A stretch of 64,000 nt of DNA, from positions 41,968 to 105,967 of the forward strand of contig JBIOXB010000034.1 of the NCBI GenBank assembly GCA_044869275.1. The letters run 5' to 3'. This DNA is from a bacterium. GTDB lineage: Bacteria > Zhuqueibacterota > Zhuqueibacteria > Zhuqueibacterales > Zhuqueibacteraceae. Made by a program: the position numbers and the translations under genes. Every line of letters starts with the position of its first letter. Within the stretch, counting starts at the first letter, position 1. This document shows positions 49,543-61,742 of this stretch, one piece after another. The notes below the pieces were generated by a model. It made no database searches and was not told where the DNA came from. It was given only the letters and a program-made list of their open reading frames with translations.

Positions 49543-51063
49543 TCAGCTCTTTTTGCGATTTACCGCGCCATTGGTGGCGGTTCGGGCCACACCGTTCGTT
49601 TTCAATTCCTGTACCAGCAATCCGTTCAAGGAGCCGACGATGGTAACGGGAGTCCCAACTTTGGCGAACTCGAAAACCTCGTCCATATCGTGATTGCGCA
49701 AGGCCACGCAACCGGCAGTCCAGTTCGCGCCCTTGCCGCCTTCGCCATGAATTTCGATCAACCCGCCGATGTGTGCTCCGCGTGGGAGCTCGCCGCGCGC
49801 GATCGCCTGGCGAAAAGCCTCTTGATCGTTTTCATTGGGATAGTTGATTTCGAGCGCTTTATGATAAATCGTGCGAGAGGGGTCTTTTTTTCGAATGACG
49901 CGATACTGCCCCTCGGGCGTCGCGCCGTCGCCACGGCGCCGTTTATGGCCGACCCAACGCGGGCCCAGCTCCGCGGTATATTCCACTTGCAGAACGCCGG
50001 CTTTGTAAATTCGAACATTGGCTGCCATTTTGTCGACAACAATGGCGATATCCTGTTGCTGCTTGGACCATTCTATTGTTTCGGCCACCCAACTGCGCCA
50101 TTTGGGAAGATTGGCAAGATAGGCCTGCATGGTTTTGCTGGCTTGCTCGCCGGCGCTGCCGATATCTGTTGCGGCTTGTTGATACTTCGCCAAGGCGCGG
50201 AAGTAGTCCCTGCGATTGAAGGCGAATTCGCTTTCGAGAATTGCCAATTCGCCGGCCAGAAACTTCTGGCGCAGTGCGGCTTGCACCGGCAAATGATCGA
50301 ACTGCGCCTTGAAGGAGTCGATCTTGTCTTTTACCAAGGTGATTCCGGTGGCGGACAGCCAGTGCAAAGAATCGCGAATCGCCCGGGCGCGCGTCGAGGC
50401 TTGCTGCGCCGTGGCGGTCGCGATTTTTATGGAATCAATCACACCCTGATAATCGCGGCGAAAACGCCAGCGTTGATTCTCGTAGTGCCAGCTGATCCGC
50501 GCTCTTTCCCAGCGGGATTCCGCCGTTTGCAGCAGCTTGGGCGTGTAGATTTTGGCTCCGGCCTGGCGCGCTTCGCCCAAAGCCAGGTTTGCTTCTGCAA
50601 AGGCTGAATAAGGATGGGTTGGGTTTGGCCACATCGCCCACAGCGATAAACTCGACGCCAACACTCCACCACCGGCAACGGCCAATATCCTTTTCTGCTG
50701 TTGCGCGAGCTGCCACATCTGCGCCCATGGGATGCTCGCCAAGCGCGTCCGGGTTGTGGCCGAAATAGTCCGGAGCTGCTGCGCGAGCTTCGCGCCTTTC
50801 GCCAGTCTGATCTGGGCGAGGTGTCCGGCTATGCTGGCAAAGAATCGTCTGAGTTTCTGAGCTCGGCGCGCCAGCTCGAGGCGCGCGAAGGTCTCCCGTG
50901 CCTGCGCCGAGATCCTCTGGCGCTCCTGCACGAACTTCGGCCCGAGCGTCCGCCGGATTTTTGTCCAGAAATCTTGCATGTTGACCAAAGTCCTTTTGAG
51001 CTCCTGCGCGAGCTTCCGTTCCTGCACCCGCTTGATTTGCGCCAAGAATTCCTGAGTTTTCAT
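49543..51063 (-). CDS. YafK/LdtF(DpaA)-like YkuD enzyme with N-terminal repeats, TM and DUF4398-like helical domain
   Basis: IVVDK, HKRRRGDGATPEGQY, YHKALEINYPNEND, GGLIEIHG..WTAGCVAL. Confidence 0.88.
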   Translation of the reverse strand: MKTQEFLAQIKRVQERKLAQELKRTLVNMQDFWTKIRRTLGPKFVQERQRISAQARETFARLELARRAQKLRRFFASIAGHLAQIRLAKGAKLAQQLRTISATTRTRLASIPWAQMWQLAQQQKRILAVAGGGVLASSLSLWAMWPNPTHPYSAFAEANLALGEARQAGAKIYTPKLLQTAESRWERARISWHYENQRWRFRRDYQGVIDSIKIATATAQQASTRARAIRDSLHWLSATGITLVKDKIDSFKAQFDHLPVQAALRQKFLAGELAILESEFAFNRRDYFRALAKYQQAATDIGSAGEQASKTMQAYLANLPKWRSWVAETIEWSKQQQDIAIVVDKMAANVRIYKAGVLQVEYTAELGPRWVGHKRRRGDGATPEGQYRVIRKKDPSRTIYHKALEINYPNENDQEAFRQAIARGELPRGAHIGGLIEIHGEGGKGANWTAGCVALRNHDMDEVFEFAKVGTPVTIVGSLNGLLVQELKTNGVARTATNGAVNRKKS

Positions 51064-51186
51064 AGGCGGTAAAACCGTTCGTCTTCAAACAGAAAACCTC
51101 GGCGCACGCCTGCGCCTCTCTACAGCGTAGCATGTGCCGAGGTTTTATTTAAGAGCAAAATGCCTCGTTTGCGGATAGCCGGGTGG

Positions 51187-51786
51187 CTATCTCGACTTTT
51201 TGGCGATGGCCTGATTGAGCTCTTCGACGATGGAATTGATCTTGGCCAGGCTGGCTTTCGCCTTGTCGCGTGCAGCGATGAAATCGCCACTGGCCATGGT
51301 CGTGTTGATTTCGGCGACCGAAGCTTCGACCGCATTGATGTCGTTTTGAATCATTTCCAGCGCTGCTTTGCCTTCTTTGCCGCGCGGCGCTTTGGTCATC
51401 AGCTTCTTTGCGGTTTCAATGCCAGCCACCAATGCCTTTGCCAGGGTATCGGCTTCCACGCGAACCGCTTCCTTGTTGGCAGCAGCCGCGTCTTTTGCGC
51501 TGTTGAAAGAGCCCACGGCGCTGTCCAACAATTGCTGCGCGTGGCCGTAATTGCGCATCAGTGCGAACTTGGCGTTTTGATTCTCCACTTCGGCCATCGC
51601 CGAATTCAATGAATCTTTCGCCGCGTTGAACAAGTCCGGCGAATAGCGGTCGGCTTCCGCGGCCTTGGCCGCTTCCATCGCGGCGTTTGCCGCATCAATC
51701 GCCTGCTTGGGCGCTTCAGCGCAGCCAGCCAAGAATGCCAACAGCAACATCGCGCACATCGTTTTCACTAAACCTCTGGCGTTCAT
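51187..51786 (-). CDS. Alanine-rich helical lipoprotein (DUF4398-like)
   Basis: AAGGAGG RBS; lipobox FLAG|C; AAKAAEADRYSPDLFNAA; ends AKKSR. Confidence 0.85.
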   Translation of the reverse strand: MNARGLVKTMCAMLLLAFLAGCAEAPKQAIDAANAAMEAAKAAEADRYSPDLFNAAKDSLNSAMAEVENQNAKFALMRNYGHAQQLLDSAVGSFNSAKDAAAANKEAVRVEADTLAKALVAGIETAKKLMTKAPRGKEGKAALEMIQNDINAVEASVAEINTTMASGDFIAARDKAKASLAKINSIVEELNQAIAKKSR

Positions 51787-52293
51787 AAAAACTTGCCTCC
51801 TTCAGAATTTTGGATTTGAAATGTGATAAAGAAATCCGGCGTCACGCGCGCATGATCATGCGTAAGAGAAAGTTGCAATGCGCATGGCGTGACTTATGCA
51901 TCGCACATGTTTTCCGATATTCAGTCCAAAAAAAAAGCACAACCGAATTGCGGGCCATGCTTCCTTTGCCGTCAAGATTTTTCTGCGTCAATCCGTCCGC
52001 GGCTCTGGCTCTGATTATTCAGCAAAAGTGCAACAAATATAACGATGCGCCTCCCCCCAGTCAAGTAAAATCTTTAGCACTTTTGGACACTCCTCCACCC
52101 CTTGTCTGCCAGCGAGTGCCCCACGCAGATTGACCCACAGTACATTGTTTCCAAGTTTTGGCTTAAAACTGCAAGCGCCTCGTGCTTGCATATCGCCAAG
52201 ATTTTGCTATTTTGTTCACGCATTATTGTGCAAGCTGCAGCAACACTCCGATTTGCCCCAACACTTCTCGTAACCGACGCCGCAGGAAGGAAA

Positions 52294-53844
52294 ATGATGA
52301 AGCGACGCTGGCTGCAAGGCACCCCTGGGTTTATTACTGTTCTGCTCTGGTCTTCCCTATCTACAATTGATGCGCGTGCAGAAGTCCCGCAACGCTTGTC
52401 AGGTTTTTCGTCTCCCGTGGCGGCAACGTTAGCCGCGCCCGATACCGTGGCACAGGAACACTCGGCAGGGACCGGGCACGGCGGCGATCTTGGCCGTATG
52501 CTGCCGTTGTGGAGCGGTTTTCCATTTGCCGGCATTTTACTGTCGATTGCGCTGTTTCCCTTGTTGGCGCCGCAGTTTTGGCACCATCACTTCGGCAAGG
52601 TGAGCGCGGCGTGGGCCCTGGTTTTCGCAGTGCCGTTCTTGTGGGCATTCAAAGACGAAGCCTGGCATGAGATCTTGCACATCTTTTTGAAGGATTATAT
52701 TCCTTTCATTGTGCTTTTGTGGGCGCTTTATACGGTGGCCGGCGGCATTTTGATCGAAGGCGCATGGGCCGGCACGCCGCGCGCCAATATGCTCATGCTT
52801 GCCATCGGCACCCTGATCGCCTCGTGGGTGGGCACCACCGGGGCCTCGATGCTGTTGATCCGGCCAGTGCTGCGCATGAACAAAGCGCGCAAGCACAAAG
52901 TGCACGTGGTCATCTTTTTCATCTTTTTGGTCAGCAATCTGGGCGGCTCGCTCACGCCGCTCGGCGATCCACCGCTGTTCCTCGGTTTTCTGCACGGCGT
53001 GCCGTTTTTTTGGACTTTCAATCTGCTGCCGGAAATGCTGCTCGTTTCCATCGTGGTGCTGGCTTGCTTTTTTGTTTTTGACACGATCATGTTTCGCCGC
53101 GAATCGTCCGGCGCCGCCACCGCGCACCAAGCACCTGGGCCGCACACTGCTGCGGGCAGCACCTTTCGCCTGCGCGGCCTGCACAATTTGTTCTTCCTGG
53201 CCGGCATTGTCGGCGGCGTGCTCATGAGCGGATTTGTCAAACTGGGTGAGTTCGATTTTCTCGGCATTCATCTTGCCGTGCAGGATGAAATCCGCGACTT
53301 CATTTTGATTGCGATGGGTTTGCTCAGCTTGAAATCCACGGATGAAAGCATTCGCCAGGGCAACGGCTTCACTTGGGGACCAATTCAAGAAGTGGCGATT
53401 TTATTTGCCGGTATTTTCATGACCATCATTCCCATGCTCGCCATGTTGCGCGCGGGCACACAGGGGGCCCTGGCCTTCATCATCATTCTGCAGCGCGAGC
53501 CGGTGCATTATTTCTGGGCCACGGGCGGACTCTCCAGTTTTTTGGACAACGCGCCGACTTATCTCACTTTTTTGAGTACCGTGCTCGGCAGGCTGTATCC
53601 CGGCATGCCGGAATTGGAAGCCATACACAGATTGATCGCTGAAAACCCGATATATTTGAAAGCGATTTCCTGTGGCGCGGTGTTCATGGGCGCCAACACC
53701 TACATCGGCAACGCGCCGAATTTCATGGTCAAATCCATTGCCGAAGAAAACGGCGTCAATATGCCGAGCTTTTTCGGGTACATGGTTTACGCCCTGCTGA
53801 TTTTAGTTCCGAGTTTTGTGTTGGTGACGTTCATCTTTTTCTGA
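52294..53844 (+). CDS. Putative sodium:proton antiporter (IT superfamily)
   Basis: PFAGILLSIAL, GTTGASMLLIRP, SNLGGSLTPLGDPPLFLG, SSFLDNAPTY, GANTYIGNAPNFMVK; start uncertain. Confidence 0.85.
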   Translation: MMKRRWLQGTPGFITVLLWSSLSTIDARAEVPQRLSGFSSPVAATLAAPDTVAQEHSAGTGHGGDLGRMLPLWSGFPFAGILLSIALFPLLAPQFWHHHFGKVSAAWALVFAVPFLWAFKDEAWHEILHIFLKDYIPFIVLLWALYTVAGGILIEGAWAGTPRANMLMLAIGTLIASWVGTTGASMLLIRPVLRMNKARKHKVHVVIFFIFLVSNLGGSLTPLGDPPLFLGFLHGVPFFWTFNLLPEMLLVSIVVLACFFVFDTIMFRRESSGAATAHQAPGPHTAAGSTFRLRGLHNLFFLAGIVGGVLMSGFVKLGEFDFLGIHLAVQDEIRDFILIAMGLLSLKSTDESIRQGNGFTWGPIQEVAILFAGIFMTIIPMLAMLRAGTQGALAFIIILQREPVHYFWATGGLSSFLDNAPTYLTFLSTVLGRLYPGMPELEAIHRLIAENPIYLKAISCGAVFMGANTYIGNAPNFMVKSIAEENGVNMPSFFGYMVYALLILVPSFVLVTFIFF

Positions 53845-53857
53845 GCCTTTTCATGCT

Positions 53858-53916
53858 TTACAAATTACACATTACACGTTACACTTTACACGTGTAAAGT
53901 GTAACGTGTAACGTGT
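53858..53916. repeat. Inverted TTACACN heptamer array containing a 40-bp perfect palindrome
   Basis: TTACACGTTACACTTTACAC|GTGTAAAGTGTAACGTGTAA at 53872-53911. Confidence 0.85.
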
Positions 53917-54047
53917 TTCCAAACCCCATATTAAAGCGGAAATACAGAGTAAAAACTCTTTGTGAAACTCTGTGAAGCTTCGTACCTTTCCCTCTGAATG
54001 AATGCTACACTGGTTCCGGTCATTTCGCAATCACCACATGATGTGCC

Positions 54048-55940
54048 ATGATCAGCCTGCGCTATAAAATCGGCATCGGGTACGCCGTGTTGGTGTGCCT
54101 GCTCATCGCCATCAGCATTTTCGCGCTCTACAACTTCGGGCGATTGAGCCACACCGTCAGCCGTATTCTCAAGGAGGGTTATCAGAGCATGCTGGCGGCG
54201 GATTATATGATCAAAGCCGTCGAGCGGCAGGAAAATGCCCAGGTGCTGATGCTCCGGGAAAACATCGAGCCCCATTACGAAACCTTCAAAAAGAACCGCG
54301 ATCTGTTCCTGGAGTGGTACCAAACTGCGAATGAGGGCCTGGCCCTGCCCATCAAGCCGGTGATTCTCGACAGCATCATCGCCAGATATCGCTTCTACAT
54401 TCAATCTTCCGATTCGCTCTATCGCCTGCTGCAATCCCCCGGCGCGCGGCCGGCAGCGACGGCTTATCAATTCAGCGTGGTGCGCGCGCATATTTACAAA
54501 CTCAAAGAGCACCTGTTTCAACTGCTCGAAGTGAATCAAAACGCGGTGTTATACGCCGATCGCCGCGCGGAAGAGTTCTCGAAAAAAGCCACTTTGGCGC
54601 TCATGACCGCGGCCGTGCTGGCCATCGCACTCAGCATCGTCGCGAGCATCCAGTTCACCAAAAGCCTGCTGCGGCCGGTGATGAAATTGACACAAACCGT
54701 GCGCCGCATCCAGCGCGGGCATCTGCACCAAAAAATAGACGTCACCGCCGAGGACGAAATGGGCGGCTTGTTGCGGGAATTCAACAAGATGACCGAGCGC
54801 CTGCGCGAATACGAAGAACTGAACGTGCACCGCCTGATTTCGGAAAAGAAAAAATCGGAGGCCATCGTCACCAGTATTCCCGAGCCGGTGATTGTCACGG
54901 ATCGAACACAGGGGCTGGTCTTGATGAATCATGCCGCGGCCGAACTCATGCAAGTAACCGGTGAGAACTGGCAGGGCAAATCATTGCCCGAAGTCGTGCA
55001 AAATGAGAAATGGCTGAAGTTGTTCGGCGAAAACGGCGGGGTGGCGGGCGGGCACATGCTGCACGACGATCTGTTGAGCTATGCGCAGGACAATAATGTA
55101 TTGTATTTCCGCCCGCGACAAACGCAAATTGCCGACGAGCATGGCCGGGTGGAATGGGTGGTGACCCTGCTCGAAGACGTCACGCGCTTCAAGCAGCTCG
55201 ATCAAATGAAATCGGAATTCATCGCCACGGTTTCACACGAATTTCGCACGCCTTTGACTTCGATCAAAATGGTCGTCGGCATTTTGCTGGAAGAGGTGCT
55301 GGGCCGCCTGAACGAAAAGCAGTACGATTTGCTCAAGTCCGCGCGCGAAGATTGCGAGCGGCTGACCAAGCTGGTGAAAGAGTTGCTGGATTTCGCCAAG
55401 ATCGAAGCGGGCACCTATCAACGCAAAAACGAGCCGATCCGCCTGTACACACTCGTGACGGAAGCGCTGGCGCCTTTGCGGCTGTTGTTCCAACAGCAAG
55501 ATATCGAGCTGCGCGCGGAGGTTCCGCCGGATTTGCCGCAAGTCTGGGGCGATCCGCAACAACTTTCCTGGGTCATCAACAACCTGGTGAATAATGCCCT
55601 GCGCTACACGCCTCCCCGAGGCAAAGTCAATATCAGGGCCGAGCAAGAAAACGGTGCACTGAAAGTCTTCGTATCCGACACCGGCCGCGGGATACCGGCG
55701 GAGGCGCTGGAAACGATCTTCGAAAAATTCGTGCAGGTGAAAGACGCGAATGAAACGACGCCCGGCAGCGTGGGTTTGGGATTGGCCATCGCCAAAGAAG
55801 TGGTCGAAGCGCATGGCGGAAAAATCGGGGTCACCAGCACAGTGGGCAGCGGCAGCACTTTCTTTTTCACGATACCGTTGGGGCAAAACAGCATCGGCCA
55901 CGGCGACGCCCCGGATCTTCCGGCAAATGGAGAAGCCTGA
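54048..55940 (+). CDS. Sensor histidine kinase (TM-sensor-TM, HAMP, PAS, HisKA, HATPase), KinB-like
   Basis: VSHEFRTPLTSI, NLVNNALRY, DTGRGI, GLGLAIAK. Confidence 0.95.
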   Translation: MISLRYKIGIGYAVLVCLLIAISIFALYNFGRLSHTVSRILKEGYQSMLAADYMIKAVERQENAQVLMLRENIEPHYETFKKNRDLFLEWYQTANEGLALPIKPVILDSIIARYRFYIQSSDSLYRLLQSPGARPAATAYQFSVVRAHIYKLKEHLFQLLEVNQNAVLYADRRAEEFSKKATLALMTAAVLAIALSIVASIQFTKSLLRPVMKLTQTVRRIQRGHLHQKIDVTAEDEMGGLLREFNKMTERLREYEELNVHRLISEKKKSEAIVTSIPEPVIVTDRTQGLVLMNHAAAELMQVTGENWQGKSLPEVVQNEKWLKLFGENGGVAGGHMLHDDLLSYAQDNNVLYFRPRQTQIADEHGRVEWVVTLLEDVTRFKQLDQMKSEFIATVSHEFRTPLTSIKMVVGILLEEVLGRLNEKQYDLLKSAREDCERLTKLVKELLDFAKIEAGTYQRKNEPIRLYTLVTEALAPLRLLFQQQDIELRAEVPPDLPQVWGDPQQLSWVINNLVNNALRYTPPRGKVNIRAEQENGALKVFVSDTGRGIPAEALETIFEKFVQVKDANETTPGSVGLGLAIAKEVVEAHGGKIGVTSTVGSGSTFFFTIPLGQNSIGHGDAPDLPANGEA

Positions 55941-55976
55941 GCGCTCGCGCGCGAGGGCTCGGTGAAGCGCATCCTC

Positions 55977-57317
<1,341 letters not shown>

Positions 57318-57433
57318 GCAGCCGCCAAACAAAAACGCAGGTGCGAAATCTGCTCTTTCAAATATTGCAGTACCGGGCCACTCATGGCTTCGACACACCG
57401 AGGGGGAATGACCATACCCTGGGATTCTAGTCA

Positions 57434-58615
57434 ATGCCCTTTTCTTTACGAGAGTTGCGCGCCGGCCGGAAAACCTACGCGCAATGCTTTTTGATGTGCT
57501 GTGCCTTCGCGCTGTGCAGCCCGCCGGACCGGGAGGCGCGCGCGCAGGAAGATGCGGGAGAAGCCGCGCCCAACGGAGAAAATTCTCCGAAGGCCGACAG
57601 CGCGGCAGCGCAACAACCCAAAGCCGCGGTGCAAGATCCTTTGGATATGCGCGTGCGGCGGCTGTATCAGAAACTCGAATCGGAATTCGCCTTTTTGCTG
57701 CCGGAAGGCGAGTTTGATGTCACGCTGGAGAAAAAACTCGGTTACTGGCTCGCCGATGCGCATGCGCATTACAATTTTCTGCGCGGTGAAATGGGTTTCA
57801 GCGTGCGCAGTTTTTACAATCGTTTCGGACTTTTGCCGCAAGTGCAGTTTCACGACCGGCTGATGTTCGTACCGTTGTTTTCCAGCGACCGTGTCTGGCG
57901 CCGCGAGCAAAATGTGAGTCTGAGCGGCAGCATTTTTTTCAAACGGTCATTCTACACCACGACCAATTTCGCCGGCCAGCGCATTTCTTTTCCCTCGAGC
58001 GTCAACATACGTGAGTTGGATTCCCAGCAAATCAACAGCATCGGCCAGACTTTCGGCGCACGGCTGGATTCTTTGCGCGGCTGGAGCTTTCGCCATACCG
58101 GAAACCTCGAGACCGAAGTGATTCGTGCGGTACGCGCGGGCGGCGGTAAGACGCGCTTCACACAGTTGCGGCTGGCCTCACGTGGCGCTTCGGAAAATCA
58201 TATCATGCGTCTCTCCGGGCAATTTGCTTTCCTGTCCTTGCTGGGCGGCAGGGGCGCGCCGCTGGTTTTTCTCGGCGGCCGCGACAAGCTCTCTGGTTTC
58301 GAGACCAACGAGTTCTCCGGCATTGACATGGTTTATCTGGCCCAGCGCTATTCCTTCTTTATCAAGAGAAACCCTTCGAAATTGATGAGCAATTTTGCAC
58401 TTGCCACTTTCAATTGGATGGTGCATGCTGAGGTCGGCCAGGTCGGCGCCGACAAGGAGCTGCGCGATTTGTCAACGTATCATCTTTCATTGGGAGCGGG
58501 TTGGGACGGCATGATCACCTATCGCGGCCAGTCCGCCTTTCAATTTTTTCTATATTTTTATAAGGGCCTCGAGCACCACCGGACTCCGCGTTACTATTTC
58601 GGCGTAAAGATTTAG
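57434..58615 (+). CDS. Hypothetical secreted / outer-membrane beta-rich protein
   Basis: Signal-like N-terminus, aromatic alternating strands, LGGRDKLSGF loop reminiscent of Omp85-type barrels. Confidence 0.6.
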   Translation: MPFSLRELRAGRKTYAQCFLMCCAFALCSPPDREARAQEDAGEAAPNGENSPKADSAAAQQPKAAVQDPLDMRVRRLYQKLESEFAFLLPEGEFDVTLEKKLGYWLADAHAHYNFLRGEMGFSVRSFYNRFGLLPQVQFHDRLMFVPLFSSDRVWRREQNVSLSGSIFFKRSFYTTTNFAGQRISFPSSVNIRELDSQQINSIGQTFGARLDSLRGWSFRHTGNLETEVIRAVRAGGGKTRFTQLRLASRGASENHIMRLSGQFAFLSLLGGRGAPLVFLGGRDKLSGFETNEFSGIDMVYLAQRYSFFIKRNPSKLMSNFALATFNWMVHAEVGQVGADKELRDLSTYHLSLGAGWDGMITYRGQSAFQFFLYFYKGLEHHRTPRYYFGVKI

Positions 58616-58709
58616 ATTTATTCTGTGTTTATTTCGCTAAGCGCTTACACATATGCCAGAAGGCCGAATTGGTGCGAGCAGAAAACTAAATTCCAGCAAC
58701 CGTAAAGCG

Positions 58710-59129
58710 ATGGCCAAGTTTTCCAGAGGCACAAGGACGGCGATCATGATGTTGATCCTGACAGGTTGCGTGAGCACTCTGCAAGTCCGCGACCTGATCG
58801 ATTTGCCGCCGCCGCAAAATGTGCGCGCGATGCGCCAGCATCATGACATTACCGTGACTTGGCAGGCGCCGGCGGCGGGCAAGCAGCTGGCTTTTAGCGG
58901 TTATCTTTTGTATTTTGCGCCGCGCAGCTTGGCAACCACTCCTCTGGCGCAGTTGCCGTCACCACTCGAGCTCGCGCCGCAACTTTCGCAGTTCACTTTT
59001 GCCGTGGCGGATTCTTCTGCGATTTTCATTCACCTGCGCACGCGCGCCGGTCGCAAGCACGTCAGCTTGCCTTCGCTGCCGGAAGTGATCGTGCCGGCAT
59101 GGCGTGAGCACGCCGACGTGATGCGCTAA
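58710..59129 (+). CDS. Lipoprotein with FN3-like domain
   Basis: Lipobox ILTG|C; PPPQNVRA..ITVTWQAP..GYLLY. Confidence 0.7.
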   Translation: MAKFSRGTRTAIMMLILTGCVSTLQVRDLIDLPPPQNVRAMRQHHDITVTWQAPAAGKQLAFSGYLLYFAPRSLATTPLAQLPSPLELAPQLSQFTFAVADSSAIFIHLRTRAGRKHVSLPSLPEVIVPAWREHADVMR

Positions 59130-59263
59130 TACCCGGCAGCTTTTGGGAGTCTCAAGTCAGGTAGATCGTGGATGGTTGATCGTAGATGGTGGGTTGATGG
59201 TGGCTTTGACTTAGCGTTGTAGTATTAACTCGACAATGTTAACTTATCTGGCCTCCCCGATTC

Positions 59264-59459
59264 ATGTCATCCCGGAGGGATCTTTTTCTGCACTTGGCAC
59301 TGTGCTTACGCTTCACAAGATTCAGACTGTGTGAATACGCTTGGTTTCAACGCCGGCTGAGCTTGTCGAAGCGGGATTTCTTGAGCTTAGCACCCTTCGA
59401 CAAGCTCAGGGTGCGGCCTTCCCAAGTTTTCACACAGTCTGATACCTTCTGAATGACAT
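59264..59459. mobile_element. Nested REP/MITE: ATGTCAT..ATGACAT element interrupted by a CAGACTGTGTGAA..TTCACACAGTCTG mini-element
   Basis: Outer ends match the 34899 and 29333 copies; inner 59323-59441 has 13-bp TIRs and an internal CTGAGCTTGTCGAAG/CTTCGACAAGCTCAG pair. Confidence 0.75.
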
Positions 59460-59476
59460 CGTGAAGAGCTTACTAA

Positions 59477-60538
<1,062 letters not shown>

Positions 60539-60626
60539 AAGATTGAGGATCGAAGATAGAGAATCGAGGATCGAAAACTGGAATTGAAAGTGGGCGAACT
60601 TCGATTCTCAGAAGAAACAAAGGGGG

Positions 60627-61730
60627 TTGTTTTTGAAGCAATACGAACTTCACGCGCTGTTGCGCTTGTTGCAGACACCCGGCATCGGTTCAGCGCGCAT
60701 CCGTGCGCTGGTGAGCCATTTTCGCACGGCACAATCTGCCATGTCTGCTTCTCTGCCGGAACTGTGCCAAGTGCCCGGCATCGATCGCACCCTCGCGGAA
60801 AATATTTTGCATGAGGACTCCGCCGATTTTGCGCACCGCCAGCTGGAGATGCTCGCGCGCACGCCCGCGCAGGTTTTGACTTTTTGGGATCGCCTATATC
60901 CCGCTCTCTTGAAAAAGATTCCGGACCCGCCCATTTTGCTTTTTTCCCGGGGCAAGTTGCAAGCAGGAGATCAAAATGCGCTCGCGATCGTGGGCACGCG
61001 CGGGCCGACACAATACGGCAAAATGGCCACCGAACGTCTCGCCATGGAACTGAGTGCGCATGGGTTTGCGATCGTGAGCGGCTTGGCGCGTGGTGTGGAT
61101 ACCATTGCGCATCGCACGGCCCTCAAGCACGGCGGGCGTACCATTGCGATTCTGGGTTCGGGCCTGGACGTTTTCTATCCACCTGAAAACGAAAAGCTGT
61201 TTCACGAAATTTGCGAATCCGGAGCGATCCTGACGGAATATCCCTTCGGCGCGAAGCCCGATGCCGTTAATTTTCCGCGCCGCAATCGCATCATCAGCGG
61301 TATGGCCCTGGGTGTGTTGGTAATCGAAGCCGGCCTGGAGAGCGGCGCGATGATCACGGCGCATTTGGCGCTCGACCAGAACCGCGAGGTCTTCGCCGTG
61401 CCCGGCAGCATCTTCAATCCCAAAAGCGCCGGCCCGCATCAGCTCATACAAGAAGGCGCGAAATTGGTACACTGCATCGACGATATTGTCGTCGAGCTGC
61501 ACGCCCAGCTCAATCTATTCGAGGCCTCAGAGCTTGAAGCCAAAGCCCCCATCGAGCTGGATGAGCCGAGCCGGAAAGTTTTCGACGCGCTGTCTTCCGA
61601 GGCACGGCACATCGACGAGCTCACGCGCCAACTGCAAATGAATCTCACGCAATTGATGGCGATTTTGCTGGATCTCGAATTCAAAGATCTGATCAAACAA
61701 TTGCCCGGGAAGCTTTTTGTGAAGATGTAA
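60627..61730 (+). CDS. dprA: DNA-processing protein DprA
   Basis: YPALLKKIPDPP, AIVGTR, VSGLARGVDTIAH, FPRRNRIISG, REVFAVPG. Confidence 0.95.
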   Translation: MFLKQYELHALLRLLQTPGIGSARIRALVSHFRTAQSAMSASLPELCQVPGIDRTLAENILHEDSADFAHRQLEMLARTPAQVLTFWDRLYPALLKKIPDPPILLFSRGKLQAGDQNALAIVGTRGPTQYGKMATERLAMELSAHGFAIVSGLARGVDTIAHRTALKHGGRTIAILGSGLDVFYPPENEKLFHEICESGAILTEYPFGAKPDAVNFPRRNRIISGMALGVLVIEAGLESGAMITAHLALDQNREVFAVPGSIFNPKSAGPHQLIQEGAKLVHCIDDIVVELHAQLNLFEASELEAKAPIELDEPSRKVFDALSSEARHIDELTRQLQMNLTQLMAILLDLEFKDLIKQLPGKLFVKM

Positions 61731-61742
61731 GGAGAAATAACC

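Noticed and set aside
48691..50607. 638-aa + strand ORF
   Set aside because: Antisense to two clear YkuD-family genes
52157..52175. TTGGCTTAAAACTGCA as a sigma-54 promoter
   Set aside because: GG-GC spacing is 9 nt rather than the required 10
59264..59452. 62-aa ORF containing PFDKLRV
   Set aside because: Translation of a REP/MITE palindrome, not a gene
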